From Podarcis pityusensis (taxonomy: Eukaryota), in assembly GCA_964106645.2 (NCBI GenBank), contig OZ067038.1: a stretch of 64,000 nt of DNA; one strand, written 5' to 3'. The position numbers were made by a program, and so were the translations under genes. Shown here piece after piece: positions 61,749 through 64,000 of the stretch; within the stretch, counting starts at the first letter, position 1; each line of letters opens with the position of its first letter. A model generated the notes under the pieces. It was not told the DNA's origin. It did not search any database and saw only the letters and a program-made list of their open reading frames with translations.

Positions 61749-63149
61749 TAGTTGCACTAGCTGCACTATAAGGAAACACTGTACAGAGTTTTCACAGAGG
61801 TGGCAATAAGGTATTTATATTATGTTCTAGGAAGGATTTTTTAAAAACGATTTTGTAACACTTGTATTGGAAGCACCCAAATCAACCACACTTGGTACAA
61901 AAGTCAGCTGCAAGCATTACACACACTACCCAGAGCCTGTGACCTGCACCTAAGAATTTTTTACTCCAGACCAGAGAAGGACTAGCTCAGGATCTTCCTG
62001 TCTATGCTCCTCTCAGTGGCCGACTGGAGGGCCCTAATATAGGATAGCTGTTTTGTGCCTGTAGCTAGTGTGTCTGAAGAATATAAAGCATGGGGCAGGT
62101 TCAAAGGAGAAATGCACTTTACTGGGGCATAGCCAGGTTGCAAGAACCTGATGCTTTCCTGTTCCATGCAAATCTCACATGACCATACCATAGCCTCTCT
62201 TCACATTGCCTGGCTCCATGCAGTGCCAGCCCTCTACTGCAATCTGGTTGACAGACTCTATGCCATTCCATAGCAAGACATGCTGACCTTTTCTATTCTC
62301 AAGCACAAAGCTTGCCCATCCAACCTTGGACTTGCAGGTGTTTCTGGAAAGGGTTCCTTATTTTGTTTTGCAAGTATTGAGTATGATGAAAACACCCAAT
62401 CCCTATGTTGACCGCTATCAATTCAAATGGAAAGCAGGACTGGAAAATGTGATGCTGCGGTGATAGCTCTAAATTAGCCACACTCATACCCCTCTCTAGG
62501 AAGCACAACTTTTCTGAAGTAGTTCCTGTGTTGGCATTATGGTGGCTGGTGTAGATTAGCTCCACCAGCCTGCATTCCATCTCTCCCCTCTGCCTGCCTG
62601 ACATATACCGGTACTGGCTTTGTTCATCCATTTACACCTCAGCCTGCTCCATCTACTTATCAGCTTGTTCCTGCCACTAGTACAAGCTGGACCAGGTTTC
62701 ATTCTTGTTTGGGACTGGCAGATCCCATAAGGGAAGTTGCAGAGTTGCTAGGATACAGAGCTGCAAAGACTTCTGGGGAGCCCGCCAGACTCCCTTTGTT
62801 TGGAAAGACGGGGTCCCCAGGGGATCCTGGGCTGGTGGACCCAAAGATGCCTACAGATAGCTATCTTGACTTAGGATGCAATGGTTCTCTTTTTGAAGCG
62901 GGAGACATTGTTTCCATCCAGCCAATAGAGGATTTTGCTTTTGTTTCTTTTAAACTCTGCCTTTGTTGACATAAGTTTATGCTAATTAATAACTAGAAAT
63001 AGAAGGCTGGGCTTTTATTGTTCTCCCTGCGGGGAATCACATCCAAGCAACACAAGCCAGAAGAAGCAGGGGCTTCAGGCAGACACACTTTTTGGAACTA
63101 CCCTTCCAGCGGGGTGAGGGAAGGCTGATAATCCCTGAGCCTGGCAAAG

Positions 63150-64000
63150 TGTGATGTGTGGCTCACCGCAGCCCTGGACGAGCGAAGCCTGTTGGGTATG
63201 TGTGGGGGACAGTCTGGAATAGCACCCGTCCACTACCCGCTTCATGCGCATCTCTCCCCTCGCTCGGCGGCCTTCAGGGCTGCTTTAGCATGGCTGCGCG
63301 GGTGACGGGCGTCCACGTGAACTCAACCCCGCTGCCTCTCCAACTTCTTCCCACTGCCTGCTGCCCCCGGGCAGGAGAGACAGCGAGGCACGGCCATCCA
63401 TGGCTTTCCTCTCGCTGGCATTTACCCAGCGCTGCCGAGGCGCCCAGCTCGCTCTTTGTGCGCTTCCCAGCCATTCAGCGCCGCCTTTTTTTCTTTCCTT
63501 CTCCAACAATCCCGTTCATTTAATGCTCCGCGATCGAACCCTCCTTCCCATTTCCCAGCCCAGCGGCGGTGGCGGCACCCGTCTCTCCCTCTTTCCTTCC
63601 GTCTCCCTTCCTCCTCCGGCAAGGGGCGCTGCAAGGAGCAGCAGACCCAGCCAGCAAGCCTCTCCCTCTCCTCTTCCCCGCGGCGGTTCCCCCCTACCTG
63701 CTCGGTCCGGCCTCGAACCCGGCCCGCCAGAGCCCGCCCGGCTCGGCCCGGTGCTGAGGGACAGCTCCGCGTGACGTCAGCGCCCAGGTCCTCTCCCTCG
63801 GCCGCCCCCCCTCCCTCCTCCGCCGCTCCTCGCGCGCGCGGCGGCCGAGAAAGGCTGCCTGGAGCGGATGCAGCCAGGCGCGCGCCAGGGACACAACAAA
63901 TAGGCTGCTGCTGCCGCCGCCGCTGCTTCTTCCTTCCGTTCCCCTTCCAGCTCCTCCCTTGCCGTCCGCCCCCAACCCTCCTCATCCCCCGCGCCGCTTA
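63150..64000. promoter_or_regulatory. CpG island and TMEM198 promoter, probably shared head-to-head with CHPF; perfect CRE TGACGTCA at 63772-63779; candidate non-coding exon 1 donor CAG|gtaggg at 63698 (-)
   Basis: Dense CpG and GC boxes seen directly. The CHPF link comes from known human synteny only. Confidence 0.75.

Noticed and set aside
63158-63985. Several GC-rich ORFs
   Set aside because: Stop-codon depletion typical of CpG islands

Overview
Vertebrate genomic DNA, almost certainly from a squamate; the Sauria SINEs and young (ATT)n-tailed L2 LINEs suggest a lacertid lizard. The + strand carries the 3' part of OBSL1 (obscurin-like 1): 24 coding exons from 290 to 48200, encoding 21 I-set Ig domains and about 1905 aa, with all junctions GT-AG and phase-compatible. 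These include six tandemly duplicated 273-nt Ig exons and one Ig domain beyond the point where I recall human OBSL1 ending. The - strand carries a complete TMEM198 (4 coding exons, 358 aa), convergent with OBSL1, with overlapping poly(A) signals near 48.39 kb and a CpG-island promoter at the right edge. The most unexpected signal is in the 8.3-kb OBSL1 intron (37869-46157): a colinear, frameshifted remnant resembling the C2A-C2B-C2C region of an extended synaptotagmin (ESYT) on the antisense strand, still carrying phase-compatible splice sites and a spliced 78-aa ORF. Introns also hold Sauria SINEs, L2, CR1 and Penelope fragments, Tc1/mariner and hAT MITEs, a solo LTR and palindromes. Comparisons with human proteins are from memory, not from database searches.
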